Shown piece by piece: positions 20,280-30,285 of a stretch of 64,000 nt of DNA. Made by a program: the position numbers and the translations under genes. The notes beneath the pieces are model-generated. The model made no database searches and was not told where the DNA came from. It was given only the letters and a program-made list of their open reading frames with translations. Positions within the stretch are counted from its first letter, which is position 1. Every line of letters begins with the position of its first letter. Source of the stretch: an uncultured Bacillales bacterium (GTDB taxonomy: Bacteria; Bacillota_I; Bacilli_A; RF39; UBA660); contig CAJLIR010000002.1 in assembly GCA_905206805.1 (NCBI GenBank), positions 26,999-90,998 on the forward strand. The letters run 5' to 3'.

Positions 20280-20990
20280 ATGAAAAATTTTATTGAATTT
20301 AAAAATGTCGTTAAAACTTATAATGTTGGTGAAAAAAGTTTTAATGCCTTAGATGGAATGAGTTTTACTATTCCAAAAGGAGAATTTGTAGTAATTTTAG
20401 GACCATCTGGTGCCGGGAAATCTACATTATTAAATTTATTAGGTGGTATGGATAGTGTTACTAGTGGAAGTATTATAATTGATTCAGAAAATATTGAAAA
20501 TTTTGACAAAAATCAAATGACTGAATATAGAGCAGAAAATGTTGGATTTATTTTTCAATTTTACAATATTTTGCCTACATTAACAGTTTTAGAAAATGTT
20601 GAAATAGTAAAAGATATTGTAAAACAACCAAAAAGTGCTAGAAAAATTTTAAAAGAGGTAGGACTTTCTAATCATTTAGATAAATTTCCAAATCAATTAT
20701 CAGGTGGAGAACAACAAAGAGTTTCAATTGCGCGTGCAATAGCTAAAAATCCAAAATTATTATTATGTGATGAACCAACTGGAGCCCTTGATTCAAAAAC
20801 TGGCGTTGAAGTTTTAAAATTGTTAAAAAAATGCTGTGATGCTAATAATGGAGAAAATACAGTTGTAGTTGTTACTCATAATGCTTTAATTGCCGAAATT
20901 GCTGATAGAGTAATTAGAGTTAAAAATGGTAAAGTAGATAGTATTACTGAAAACAAAAAACCTAAAAATATTGATGAGGTGAAGTGGTAA
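20280..20990 (+). CDS. ABC transporter ATP-binding protein (MacB/FtsE-like)
   Basis: GPSGAGKST Walker [15 protein letters not shown] signature, [12 protein letters not shown] Walker B. Confidence 0.9.
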   Translation: MKNFIEFKNVVKTYNVGEKSFNALDGMSFTIPKGEFVVILGPSGAGKSTLLNLLGGMDSVTSGSIIIDSENIENFDKNQMTEYRAENVGFIFQFYNILPTLTVLENVEIVKDIVKQPKSARKILKEVGLSNHLDKFPNQLSGGEQQRVSIARAIAKNPKLLLCDEPTGALDSKTGVEVLKLLKKCCDANNGENTVVVVTHNALIAEIADRVIRVKNGKVDSITENKKPKNIDEVKW

Positions 20991-23365
20991 TGCTTAACAA
21001 AAAAATGTTTAGAGATATAAAGAAAAATTTATCTCAATTTATTACTATATTTTTAATGGTATTTTTAGGAGTTTTTGTATATGCTGGTGTTCATTCTTAT
21101 ATGGATGGAATGGATGTAAGCGGTAAAAATTATTATGAAGAAAATAATTTGCAAGATTTATGGCTTGTAAAACAAAATTTTACTTTAGATGATTTAAATA
21201 CTATAAAAAGTATTGATAATGTAAAAAATGCTGAAAGACAACTTTCAATTACAACATCTTTAAAAGATTATGATGATGTTACATTAGAAACAATATTTAT
21301 TGAATCTAATGATATTTCAAAAATGTATGTAGTAGAGGGAACTGGTTTTGATAGTGACAAAAAAGGTGTTTGGCTTGATAGTTATTTAGCTCGTTATCTA
21401 AATTTAAAAGTAGGAGATAAAATTACATTAAACTATCAAGGATATGAATTAACTGAAGAAATATTAGGATTAATTAATACACCTGATCACGTTTATTTTG
21501 TAAAGGATTCTACTGAACTTTTTCCAACTCATAAAGACTATGGATATGTCTATCTTTCAATTAATGAATTTCCAACAAGTATAATTGATGATGAATTAAA
21601 AGAAGAAACAGGAATTGATGATATTGATAAAATAAAAGAAAATATAGAAAATTTTGATTATAAAAATTACTATGTTTTTAACAATGTTATAGTTGATGTA
21701 GATAATATAGATGATGTAGATTTTACAAAACTTGAAATTGAAGCAGAAATTAATGATATTATAGCTGCAACAGATAGAAGCGCTAGTCCTTCTTATGAAG
21801 TTTATAATTCAGAAATTGAGGAAGGCACAACTTACTCTAATGTATTTACTGCCTTATTCTTATTTATTGCTATTTTATCTGTGGTAACAACTATGAAACG
21901 TTTTGTAAAAAAACAAAGAATGCAAATAGGTACATTAAAAGCGTTAGGATTCCGTGAAAGCAAAATTGTAAGACACTATATAAGTTATGGATTTTATATT
22001 AGTTTATTTGCTTCTATTATGGGATTGTTATTGGGAAATTTAGTACTTGGTAATTATTTTTTAAATGTTGAAATGTCATATTTTGAAGTTCCAATGTATC
22101 GTACAGTAATTATTGATAAAGTTTATATTTTGGCTATATTAATTGTTGTGATTGTAATACTTGTAACATATTTTTCTTGTAAAAAAGTTTTAAAAGAATC
22201 TGCTAGTGAATCTTTAAGGTTACAATTACCTAAAGTTAAAAATGCTAAATTTAATTTAACAACTAAAGGTATATTTAAAAAATCCTCTTTAACTACAAGA
22301 TGGAATTTAAGGGACATTTTTAGAAATAAAGGAAGAAGTATTATGGCTATAGTAGGCATAGTAGGTTCTTGTATGTTAATAGTATGTGCTTTTGGACTTT
22401 TAGATAGCATGAATGGTTATCTTGATTGGAAATTTAAAAAAATTTCAAAATTTAAATATAAAATAACATTAGATAGTAGTTATACTGACTCTGAATTTTC
22501 TGATTTAACAGAAAAATATGGTAATGCAACTAGTGAAAATATTGGTATAGAAGTTAAAGATAGTGATGGAGTAAAACTAGTTAATACTCTAACTGTTAAT
22601 GATGCTAAAGACTATTTAAAATATACAGATCATAATAAAAATTACATTGATCTAAATAATGATGGAGTGTATATTACTGAAAAATTATCAAAAACTTTAA
22701 ATCTAAAATTAAATGATACAATAAGTTTCCGTATTTTTGGTAGTGATAAATGGTATGATGTAAAAATATCAGGAATTAATAGAGATCCACAATCACAACA
22801 ATTAAATATGACAAAGGAATTTTATGAATCATTAGATTTAGAATATAAACCAGATACTATATATACTAATCTTGATTTAAGTAGTGTTAAAGAATTACCT
22901 GGTGTAAGTCAAATTCAAGGAATAGAAGTATTAAGAAAAAGTATGGAAAGTATGCTAAATACTATGAAGACAATGTTAGTTATCTTAATTTTAGTTTCAT
23001 CTATTTTAAACATTGTTATTATATATAATTTGGGTATTTTATCATTTACTGAAAAAAATTATCAATTTTCTACTTTAAAAGTTTTAGGTTTTAAAGATAA
23101 ACAAATTAGAAAAATATTCGTAAGACAAAATATTTGGTTAACAATAATCGCAATCATAATTGGATTACCATTAGGATTTTTGATGACTGATTATATTTTT
23201 AAATCTGCATTAGGAGAGTCTTATGATTTTAATGCAAGCATAAAACTTATTTCTTATGTTTTTGCGGCATTTGAGACGTTTGTAGTTTCATTTATAGTAA
23301 ATAAAATTCTATCAAAAAAAGTAGATAAAATTGATATGGTAACAAGTTTAAAAGGAAATGAATAA
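20990..23365 (+). CDS. ABC transporter permease, duplicated FtsX-like domains
   Basis: About 790 aa with two TM blocks separated by large extracytoplasmic domains. Translationally coupled to the ATPase. Confidence 0.8.
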   Translation: MLNKKMFRDIKKNLSQFITIFLMVFLGVFVYAGVHSYMDGMDVSGKNYYEENNLQDLWLVKQNFTLDDLNTIKSIDNVKNAERQLSITTSLKDYDDVTLETIFIESNDISKMYVVEGTGFDSDKKGVWLDSYLARYLNLKVGDKITLNYQGYELTEEILGLINTPDHVYFVKDSTELFPTHKDYGYVYLSINEFPTSIIDDELKEETGIDDIDKIKENIENFDYKNYYVFNNVIVDVDNIDDVDFTKLEIEAEINDIIAATDRSASPSYEVYNSEIEEGTTYSNVFTALFLFIAILSVVTTMKRFVKKQRMQIGTLKALGFRESKIVRHYISYGFYISLFASIMGLLLGNLVLGNYFLNVEMSYFEVPMYRTVIIDKVYILAILIVVIVILVTYFSCKKVLKESASESLRLQLPKVKNAKFNLTTKGIFKKSSLTTRWNLRDIFRNKGRSIMAIVGIVGSCMLIVCAFGLLDSMNGYLDWKFKKISKFKYKITLDSSYTDSEFSDLTEKYGNATSENIGIEVKDSDGVKLVNTLTVNDAKDYLKYTDHNKNYIDLNNDGVYITEKLSKTLNLKLNDTISFRIFGSDKWYDVKISGINRDPQSQQLNMTKEFYESLDLEYKPDTIYTNLDLSSVKELPGVSQIQGIEVLRKSMESMLNTMKTMLVILILVSSILNIVIIYNLGILSFTEKNYQFSTLKVLGFKDKQIRKIFVRQNIWLTIIAIIIGLPLGFLMTDYIFKSALGESYDFNASIKLISYVFAAFETFVVSFIVNKILSKKVDKIDMVTSLKGNE

Positions 23366-23398
23366 TTTATTATAATATAAAATATCGAGGAGGCATAT

Positions 23399-24013
23399 AT
23401 GGGTGAAATAAGAGAGCCAATGAAAAAATCATCAATTGAGAAAAAAAATAAAATCATTGAAAAAGGTTTTGAATTAATATGTAATAATGGATATTATAAT
23501 GTTAATTGTTGTGATATAGCAAAATACGCAGGTGTTTCAACAGGAATTATCTATCAATATTTTAAAGATAAAAAAGACATATTTATTTTAGGTGTAAAAA
23601 ATTATGCCAATAATATAATGTTTCCTATGATTGATATTTTAGATAATACTCATATAGATATTGATAATTTAGAAAATATTTTAAATAAAATGCTTGATAG
23701 TTTTATTAAAACACATAAAATCAGTAAAAAAGCTCACGAAGAATTAATGGCTATGAGTCATATTGATAAAGAAATCGGAGAAATTTTTGCTGATGGTGAA
23801 ATCAAAATGGCTAATAAAATTGTAGAGGTCTTAAAATATAATAATTTCAATGAAAAAGACATAAATGAAAATGTTCATATTATTATTGGATTAATTGATA
23901 AATTTTGCCATGAGGTTGTATATCACCAACATAAAAATATAAACTATGATGTAATGAAAAAGAAAATAATTGAAATAACACTTTCTTTAATTAACAAAAA
24001 AACAACTGATTAG
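23399..24013 (+). CDS. TetR/AcrR family transcriptional regulator
   Basis: N-terminal HTH (CCDIAKYAGVSTGIIYQYFKDKKDIF). Confidence 0.85.
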   Translation: MGEIREPMKKSSIEKKNKIIEKGFELICNNGYYNVNCCDIAKYAGVSTGIIYQYFKDKKDIFILGVKNYANNIMFPMIDILDNTHIDIDNLENILNKMLDSFIKTHKISKKAHEELMAMSHIDKEIGEIFADGEIKMANKIVEVLKYNNFNEKDINENVHIIIGLIDKFCHEVVYHQHKNINYDVMKKKIIEITLSLINKKTTD

Positions 24014-24022
24014 TTGCTTTTT

Positions 24023-24478
24023 TTATAAATAAAATTCATCTATTTCTGTGGAAAATAAATCATCATTACGATTTATTTCAAAGATTTGTTTAAATGTATC
24101 TAATAAAATCTCATTATCATATTTTCCTAAAATATCTGATAGTGTTAAAATTCCAGAAATTTTATTGTTATCAGTAACAATTAAACGCTTTACTTTTTTT
24201 AAGGCCATTAAATTTAATGCATTATCAATGGATTTATTTTGCTCAATAGATATAATATTTTTAACAACATATTTATCTATTAAATCATTAAATGAACAAT
24301 TATTACTTATTGCGTTAATAACAATATCTCTATCTGTAATAACTCCAACAAGCTTATTTTTATCCACTATTGGTATAAATCCAATATCATATTTTTTCAT
24401 AAGTTCTGCTATTTCAGATAAAGTATTTGTAGTATTACCTACGATTATTTTTTTACTCATTATGTCATTTATATTCAT
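24023..24478 (-). CDS. CBS domain pair protein
   Basis: Two CBS repeats (IPIVDKNKLVGVITDRDI and LIVTDNNKISGILTLSDI). Confidence 0.8.
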   Translation of the reverse strand: MNINDIMSKKIIVGNTTNTLSEIAELMKKYDIGFIPIVDKNKLVGVITDRDIVINAISNNCSFNDLIDKYVVKNIISIEQNKSIDNALNLMALKKVKRLIVTDNNKISGILTLSDILGKYDNEILLDTFKQIFEINRNDDLFSTEIDEFYL

Positions 24479-24609
24479 TTTATCACCAATTATATTATTA
24501 GAAATATTTTAAAATATATTCAAAAAATTTGTTTATTAGCTATTATTTTTGGTATAATAATAATATCAACATATAATTAAGACTTCTTTAATATTTTTAT
24601 ATTAGGGAA

Positions 24610-25380
24610 GTGGATTTGATGCGATTAAGAATTCATTTAAAGAAAAAAAGGCATAAACTTAGTGTTGGTAATACAATTATAATAATTTTTATTTTAGTAG
24701 TAACAATGACTTATTTTTCGCTTAATTATTTAAATAAAAATGTTGTTCCTGTATTAATGAGTTATGCAACAAGTCAAGTAAGAAAATTTTCTAGTTTAAT
24801 TATAAATAGGGCCATTTCAAAACAAATTGCCGAAGATTTAAGTGTAGAGGATATGTTTATAATAACTAAATCAGAAACAGGTGAAATAAGAACTATTGAT
24901 TTTGATCCAATTGTTGTAAATAAAACCTTAAATAAAATTGTTAATACAATACAGTTAAATTTAAAATCTTTAGAAGAAGGAAAATTAGAATTATTAGAGT
25001 TACCAGATAATGTTTTAATTGATTATAATGAAGAGGAATTATCAAAAGGTGTTATATATGAAATACCTAGTGGTGTAGTTTTCAATAATTCTCTGCTTGC
25101 TAATTTAGGACCAAAAATTCCTGTTAAATTAAGTTTAATTGGTGATATAGTTAGTAATGTAAATACAAAAGTTACCAATTATGGTATTAATAATGCTTTA
25201 ATAGAAGTTAGTATTTATGTTCAAGTTGAATCAAGAGTTATACTACCATTTATAACTGATACAGTAATAGTTGAAACAGAAATTCCTGTTGCTATGAAAT
25301 TAGTTCAGGGAATAGTTCCAGATTATTTGCTAGGAGGATTAACTAATAGTTCAGTTCCAATAAAAGTTCCAAATGAATAA
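24610..25380 (+). CDS. yunB: Sporulation protein YunB
   Basis: N-terminal TM. NNSLLANLGPKIPVKL...YGINNALIEV...VQGIVPDY closely follows my memory of B. subtilis YunB. Confidence 0.75.
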   Translation: MDLMRLRIHLKKKRHKLSVGNTIIIIFILVVTMTYFSLNYLNKNVVPVLMSYATSQVRKFSSLIINRAISKQIAEDLSVEDMFIITKSETGEIRTIDFDPIVVNKTLNKIVNTIQLNLKSLEEGKLELLELPDNVLIDYNEEELSKGVIYEIPSGVVFNNSLLANLGPKIPVKLSLIGDIVSNVNTKVTNYGINNALIEVSIYVQVESRVILPFITDTVIVETEIPVAMKLVQGIVPDYLLGGLTNSSVPIKVPNE

Positions 25381-25400
25381 GTAATAGATTGTGGTGTTTT

Positions 25401-27098
25401 ATGAAAAAAATAGTAAAAGTAATAATATTTGTGATAATTATTTTAGTTTTAGTTGTTGGTTTTTTATTTAAAGACAAAATATTTAAAAAAATAAAACCAG
25501 AAATTATTAATGAAAAAGATATGTATGTATCTAGCATAAGTTTAGAAAGTACCTTATATGATTTAGATTTTAATGAAAAAGGTAAAGTTGTAAGAGGAAC
25601 TAAAGTACATGCTTTTGAAAAAGATTTAAAGAATTCTCAAAATGAATCTGACGAAAATACTTATTTAAAAATTTTATACAATGATGAAGAAGTATTGATG
25701 TTAAAAAATGATTTAGTTTCTAGCTTAGAAGAATGTGTTCTGGAGAAAGAAAAATATGTAAGAACACCAGTATCAATTTATAATGATAGTGAATCAGTAG
25801 ATATAATTGGTCTTATTAATAAGGGTGAAAAAGTAGAAATAATAGGATTTGACAAAATTTTAGAAAATGGTCGTGTTTCAAAATATAAAATAAAATATAA
25901 TGAAACTGGGGGATATATTTATGAAAAGTATTTAGTTGATACTTATGAAGAATCGGTAAAAAATTATGATCAGGATGGAATTTATCAAACTCATTTAGCG
26001 CGAACTGATACACAAGGTGGAGGATCTGCTGGAAACCTAGATTATTATCCTTATGAAAAACCAGTTTTTACTAATAATGTTATGCCAAATGAAGTTAGAA
26101 GTTTGTATTTAAATGGTGGTGTTTTAGGTAATCTTGATGATTATATTAAACTTGCTAAAGAAAAGAATATAAATGCTTTTGTAGTAGATATTAAAGATAG
26201 TGGTTCTCCATCATATGCATCAAAAGTAATGCAAGAATTATCACCAACAAATTATAATAATGCGATTAATTCATTTGAGAGTTATCAGGCTGCAATAAAA
26301 AAAATAAAGGATAATGGTTTTTATGTAATAGGAAGAATTACCGTTTTTAAAGATCACTATTTTGCTCAAGATCATCCCGAATATGCGATAGTAAATAGTT
26401 CTAGTGGAACTTTGTTTTCACATAATGGTTCATATTGGCCAAGTGCCTACCAGAGAAAAGTTTGGGAATTTAATGTTAAATTAGCTCGTGAGGCAGTAGT
26501 AGAAATGGGCTTTAATGAAATACAATTTGATTACGTCCGTTTCCCAGATAGAACATATAGATTAGAAGCTAATGGTGTTATGAATATGCGAAATGATTAT
26601 AATGAAGAAAAGGCCCAAGCAATACAGAGATTTTTAATGTATGCGTGTGATGAGATACATAGTGTTGGTGCTTATGTATCTGCGGATGTCTTTGGAGAGT
26701 CAGCATATACCTATGTTGCTGCGTACGGACAATATTGGCCTAGCATATCTAATATTGTCGATGTTATTAGCGCAATGCCATATCCAGATCACTTTAATAC
26801 TCACGATTTTGGAATTAGTGAAGTAGTTTGGACAGTTCCTTATAAATTAATGTATACTTGGGGTGGATATGCTGCATCTCGTCAAAAAGAAATTCCAACT
26901 CCTGCAATTGTTAGAACTTGGATTCAAGCTTATGATACAATTAAAAGTCCATACATTGTATATGATGCTAGTAAAATCTCAGATCAAATTCAAGGATTAT
27001 ACGATGCTGGATTAAGAGGAGGATATATGACTTGGAATTCTGGTTCAAGTTTGGTAAAATATAATTATATTTCATCAGCATTTCAAAAGGAGTATTAG
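25401..27098 (+). CDS. Putative glycoside hydrolase (DUF4015/GHL TIM-barrel, YngK-like) with N-terminal SH3-like repeats
   Basis: N-terminal signal/TM. EIQFDYVRFP motif typical of the DUF4015 putative glycosyl hydrolase family. Confidence 0.65.
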   Translation: MKKIVKVIIFVIIILVLVVGFLFKDKIFKKIKPEIINEKDMYVSSISLESTLYDLDFNEKGKVVRGTKVHAFEKDLKNSQNESDENTYLKILYNDEEVLMLKNDLVSSLEECVLEKEKYVRTPVSIYNDSESVDIIGLINKGEKVEIIGFDKILENGRVSKYKIKYNETGGYIYEKYLVDTYEESVKNYDQDGIYQTHLARTDTQGGGSAGNLDYYPYEKPVFTNNVMPNEVRSLYLNGGVLGNLDDYIKLAKEKNINAFVVDIKDSGSPSYASKVMQELSPTNYNNAINSFESYQAAIKKIKDNGFYVIGRITVFKDHYFAQDHPEYAIVNSSSGTLFSHNGSYWPSAYQRKVWEFNVKLAREAVVEMGFNEIQFDYVRFPDRTYRLEANGVMNMRNDYNEEKAQAIQRFLMYACDEIHSVGAYVSADVFGESAYTYVAAYGQYWPSISNIVDVISAMPYPDHFNTHDFGISEVVWTVPYKLMYTWGGYAASRQKEIPTPAIVRTWIQAYDTIKSPYIVYDASKISDQIQGLYDAGLRGGYMTWNSGSSLVKYNYISSAFQKEY

Positions 27099-27099
27099 T

Positions 27100-27378
27100 A
27101 TGGATAAATATATATTAGAAGACACAGAATATAAATTAATTGAAAATTATAAAGATGGTTTTAATTTTGAAGAATTAAAAAATAAATATACTGATTATTT
27201 TAAAGATTATGATTATATAGTTGGTGATTGGGCTTATGGTAAACTTAGATTAAAAGGTTTTTGTAACAAAAATAATCCAAATTTAACAAATATAAATGAT
27301 TTTTCAATGTATAAAGATTATATAAAAAATCATTGTGCTTATGAATGTAAGTATTTTGTAATAGAAAAATTAAATTAA
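27100..27378 (+). CDS. yutD: YutD family protein (DUF1027)
   Basis: YDYIVGDWAYGKLRLKGF motif and about 90 aa length. Confidence 0.7.
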   Translation: MDKYILEDTEYKLIENYKDGFNFEELKNKYTDYFKDYDYIVGDWAYGKLRLKGFCNKNNPNLTNINDFSMYKDYIKNHCAYECKYFVIEKLN

Positions 27379-27394
27379 TATATTTATAAAAATG

Positions 27395-27428
27395 AAATTT
27401 AAGTGTAATTAATACTTAAATTTTTTTT
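27395..27428 (+). terminator. Intrinsic terminator
   Basis: AAATTTAAGT-9 nt loop-ACTTAAATTT, then a T-run. Confidence 0.5.
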
Positions 27429-27456
27429 ACTTCATACAATTTTATGAGGTGGTATA

Positions 27457-28700
27457 ATGTTTGTAAAAGATTATCATAGAAGAATTAAAATTGTGTTAGT
27501 AGTAATTATTTTGTTATTTATTTTAATTATAAGTAAAATATTTTATATTCAAGTATTTAGTTATAAAAAACTTAATAATTATGCTAACAGTTTATGGAGT
27601 AGAAACTTACCAATAGAAGCAAATAGAGGAATAATTTATGATAGAAATGGTGTTGTAATTGCCGATAATATTACGACAACATCACTTGTTCTTATTCCAA
27701 ATCAAATTGAAGATAAGGAAGATGTATCAAAAAAATTAGCAGAAATATTAAATGTAAGTTATGAAGAAATGTATGCACATGTTAGTAAAAAAACTTCTAT
27801 AGAAAGGGTTCATCCAGAAGGAAGAAGACTTTCATATGAGGTGGCCGATAAAATTGCGTCATTAAACCTTGATGGTGTCTATTTAGTTAAAGAATCCAAA
27901 CGAAATTATCCTTTTGATACATATTTATCTCACACAATTGGGTTTGTCGGAATAGATAATCAAGGATTAAGTGGACTAGAACTTATGTATAATAATGTTT
28001 TAACTGGTGAATATGGAGCAATAAAATATTTTAGTGATGCTAAAGGTAATAGATTAAGTTTAAATGAAGTTTACGAAAAACCTCAAGATGGAATTAATAT
28101 GACTTTAACTATAAATATGGATATTCAAAGTTCTTTAGAAAGAGAATTAGATAACGCAATGTTAAAATATAATCCTGATCAGGCTCTTGGAATTGTAATG
28201 GATCCAAAAAGTGGCGAAATTTTAGCAATTTCAGCAAGACCTAATTTTTCTCCTAGTAATTATCAAAATTATACAGTTGAAGAAATTAATAGAAATTTAC
28301 CAGTTTGGATGACATATGAACCAGGATCAACTTTCAAAATAATTACACTATCAGCATCATTAGAAGAAAAAATTGTTGATTTGGATAATGATACATTTTT
28401 TGATTCAGGTGCAATTACAGTTGATAATGCAACACTTCATTGTTGGAAACATGGAGGACATGGAGCTCAAACATATTTGCAGGTTGTAGAGAATTCTTGC
28501 AATCCGGGGTTTGTTAATTTAGGATTAAAATTAGGTAAAGAAAAATTGTTTGATTATATAAAAAAATTTGGTTTTGGAACTAAAACGGGAGTTGACCTAA
28601 ACGGTGAAGGTTCTGGAATAATTTTTAATTTGGATAAAGTAGGCAATGTAGAACTTGCAACAACTGCCTTTGGTCAAGGAGTAAGTGTGACACCTATACA
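27457..28700 (+). CDS. spoVD: SpoVD-type class B penicillin-binding protein, 5' segment (interrupted; the as-integrated ORF runs 4 more codons to the stop at 28713)
   Basis: WSRNLP and the PBP dimer domain. SxxK = STFK and SxN = SCN are present. Ends ...ATTAFGQGVSVTPI, then reads HLTV* into foreign DNA. Confidence 0.9.
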
Positions 28701-28720
28701 CCTTACTGTCTAATAAATGA
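28696..28720. repeat. attL: junction repeat ATACA plus element-terminal inverted repeat GTCTAATAAATGA
   Basis: ATACA at 28696-28700. The 13-mer at 28708-28720 is the exact reverse complement of 45549-45561. Confidence 0.8.
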
Positions 28721-28809
28721 TATCACAAAAATCACTAGAGGAATAAGTAGTAAATATACTAAAAAGTATGATGTTAGGTTTAATTATAATTGTTTTGTAG
28801 AAATATAAA

Positions 28810-28859
28810 ATGTTACTTTTAAAATTAAAATACCAAAATAATAATTAGAAAAGTAACAT
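28810..28859. terminator. Hairpin (11 bp perfect stem, 28 nt loop)
   Basis: ATGTTACTTTT ... AAAAGTAACAT. May insulate the cargo from read-through from the spoVD 5' fragment. Confidence 0.3.
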
Positions 28860-28876
28860 AAATATAATAAATTTTA

Positions 28877-28912
28877 TTTTTTTAGGAATTTTAATTAGTT
28901 TTTCCTAAAAAA
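28877..28912. terminator. Bidirectional terminator-like hairpin
   Basis: TTTTTTTAGGAA-13 nt-TTCCTAAAAAA, with A/T runs on both sides. Confidence 0.4.
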
Positions 28913-28956
28913 TAAAAATGATTTGTTTTAATCGCTATAGAAAAATGTATATGTAA

Positions 28957-28985
28957 TTTACAAAGTGATTAAAGTGTGATATATT
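28957..28985 (+). promoter_or_regulatory. Strong sigma-A promoter of the first cargo operon
   Basis: TTTACA (28957-62), 17 nt spacer, extended -10 TGaTATATT (28977-85). Confidence 0.55.
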
Positions 28986-29023
28986 ATAGGTGTAAATTAT
29001 TCAAAGAAAGGAGTGTGATTAAG

Positions 29024-29089
29024 ATGAAAAATTTACAAGTTATAAATAATGCAGAATTAATCACTACTCCTAATTTATTAAACTTTTAG
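29024..29089 (+). CDS. 21-codon leader peptide MKNLQVINNAELITTPNLLNF
   Basis: GGAG RBS 10 nt upstream. Codons 8-13 lie inside the antiterminator arm. A terminator follows. Confidence 0.45.
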   Translation: MKNLQVINNAELITTPNLLNF

Positions 29090-29140
29090 GAATATTCTTT
29101 TAGATTATAAAATTAATTCTGCATTATGCAGAATTTTTTT
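29046..29140 (+). promoter_or_regulatory. Leader-peptide transcription attenuator (mutually exclusive helices)
   Basis: The 16 nt ATAATGCAGAATTAAT (29046-61, inside the leader ORF) is perfectly complementary to 29112-29127. That segment is also the 5' arm of the terminator AATTCTGCA-TTA-TGCAGAATT-TTTTT (29115-29140). Confidence 0.55.
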
Positions 29141-29157
29141 GTTAGGAGGATATTAAA

Positions 29158-29913
29158 ATGATAATGAAATTAAATATTAATGATAGAACAGCACTAGCTA
29201 TCAAAAATAATACTAAAAGAGTAGAGATTAGAGCAAATAAAGAAAATAGTGAGCATGATTATGGCAAGTTAAGACAAAACGATATTATAGAATTTACTAG
29301 TAATAATTTAGGTGTATTTTATGTTAAAGTTAAAGAGATAAATCATTATAATTCATTAGAAGAACTTTTTACTTTAGAAGGTACAAGATATACAACTTCA
29401 TCTACTAATGATAAAGAAGAAGCAATTAGAAATATTAGTAAACTTGATGGATATCAAGATGCTATTAAGAAAAATGGTGTATACGCTATTCATATAGAAT
29501 ACTTATATAGTGAAAATACTGCTTGGGAAGAATTATATGAAAAGGCAAAGAGTGTTAGAAATCCAAGAAATGTATCAGGTATGATTAGTGCAGGACAAGT
29601 TGGCGCAGCAATATTAACTAAAAATCATAATATTTATACTGGAGTATGTATTGATACAGCTTCAACACTTGGTATGTGTGGAGAGCGAAATGCTATTGCC
29701 AATATGATTACAAATGGAGAAAATGAGATTATTAAACTAGTATGCGTTGATTCTAAAGGTAATGTAGGTTCACCGTGTGGGGCATGTAGAGAATATATGA
29801 TGCAACTTTCTAAGAATAGTAAGGATATTGAGATACTAAAAAATATTGATACTAAAGAAATAGTGAGATTAGAAGAATTAATTCCTGATTGGTGGGGTAA
29901 GACACGTGTATAA
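29158..29913 (+). CDS. ASCH domain fused to cytidine/blasticidin-S deaminase-family domain
   Basis: N-terminal PUA-like ASCH pattern (IKNNTKRVEIR). C-terminal MCGERNAI (CxE) and SPCGACREYM (PCxxC) zinc motifs. ELIPDWWG tail as in small tetrameric CDA/BSD enzymes. Confidence 0.7.
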   Translation: MIMKLNINDRTALAIKNNTKRVEIRANKENSEHDYGKLRQNDIIEFTSNNLGVFYVKVKEINHYNSLEELFTLEGTRYTTSSTNDKEEAIRNISKLDGYQDAIKKNGVYAIHIEYLYSENTAWEELYEKAKSVRNPRNVSGMISAGQVGAAILTKNHNIYTGVCIDTASTLGMCGERNAIANMITNGENEIIKLVCVDSKGNVGSPCGACREYMMQLSKNSKDIEILKNIDTKEIVRLEELIPDWWGKTRV

Positions 29914-29925
29914 TAAACTTAAAAG

Positions 29926-30270
29926 ATGACATTTAGGATAGATGCAGATAAATTAGTTGTTCTTGTTTTAAACGGTAAGAAGACAGCAACAACATCTTTG
30001 TATGAATTTGATAGTTTACCTATAGTAGGTGATGTATCTATACTTACTGATTCAAATAATAATGATATGTGTATATTAGAAACAAAAGAAGTTATTGTAA
30101 CTGAATTTAAGAATATTACTTGGGATTTAGCAAAATTAGAAGGAGAAAATAAATCTTTAGAAGAATGGATAAAAGTTCATATAGATTACTTTAGTAAAAT
30201 AAATACTAATTTTAATGATAATACTAAAGTAATATTTGAAATATTTGAAGTAATAGAAAAATTTAAGTAG
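29926..30270 (+). CDS. ASCH domain protein (YqfB-like)
   Basis: VLNGKKTATTS motif and about 114 aa, typical of stand-alone ASCH proteins. Confidence 0.65.
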   Translation: MTFRIDADKLVVLVLNGKKTATTSLYEFDSLPIVGDVSILTDSNNNDMCILETKEVIVTEFKNITWDLAKLEGENKSLEEWIKVHIDYFSKINTNFNDNTKVIFEIFEVIEKFK

Positions 30271-30285
30271 AAAGGAGAGACAAAC

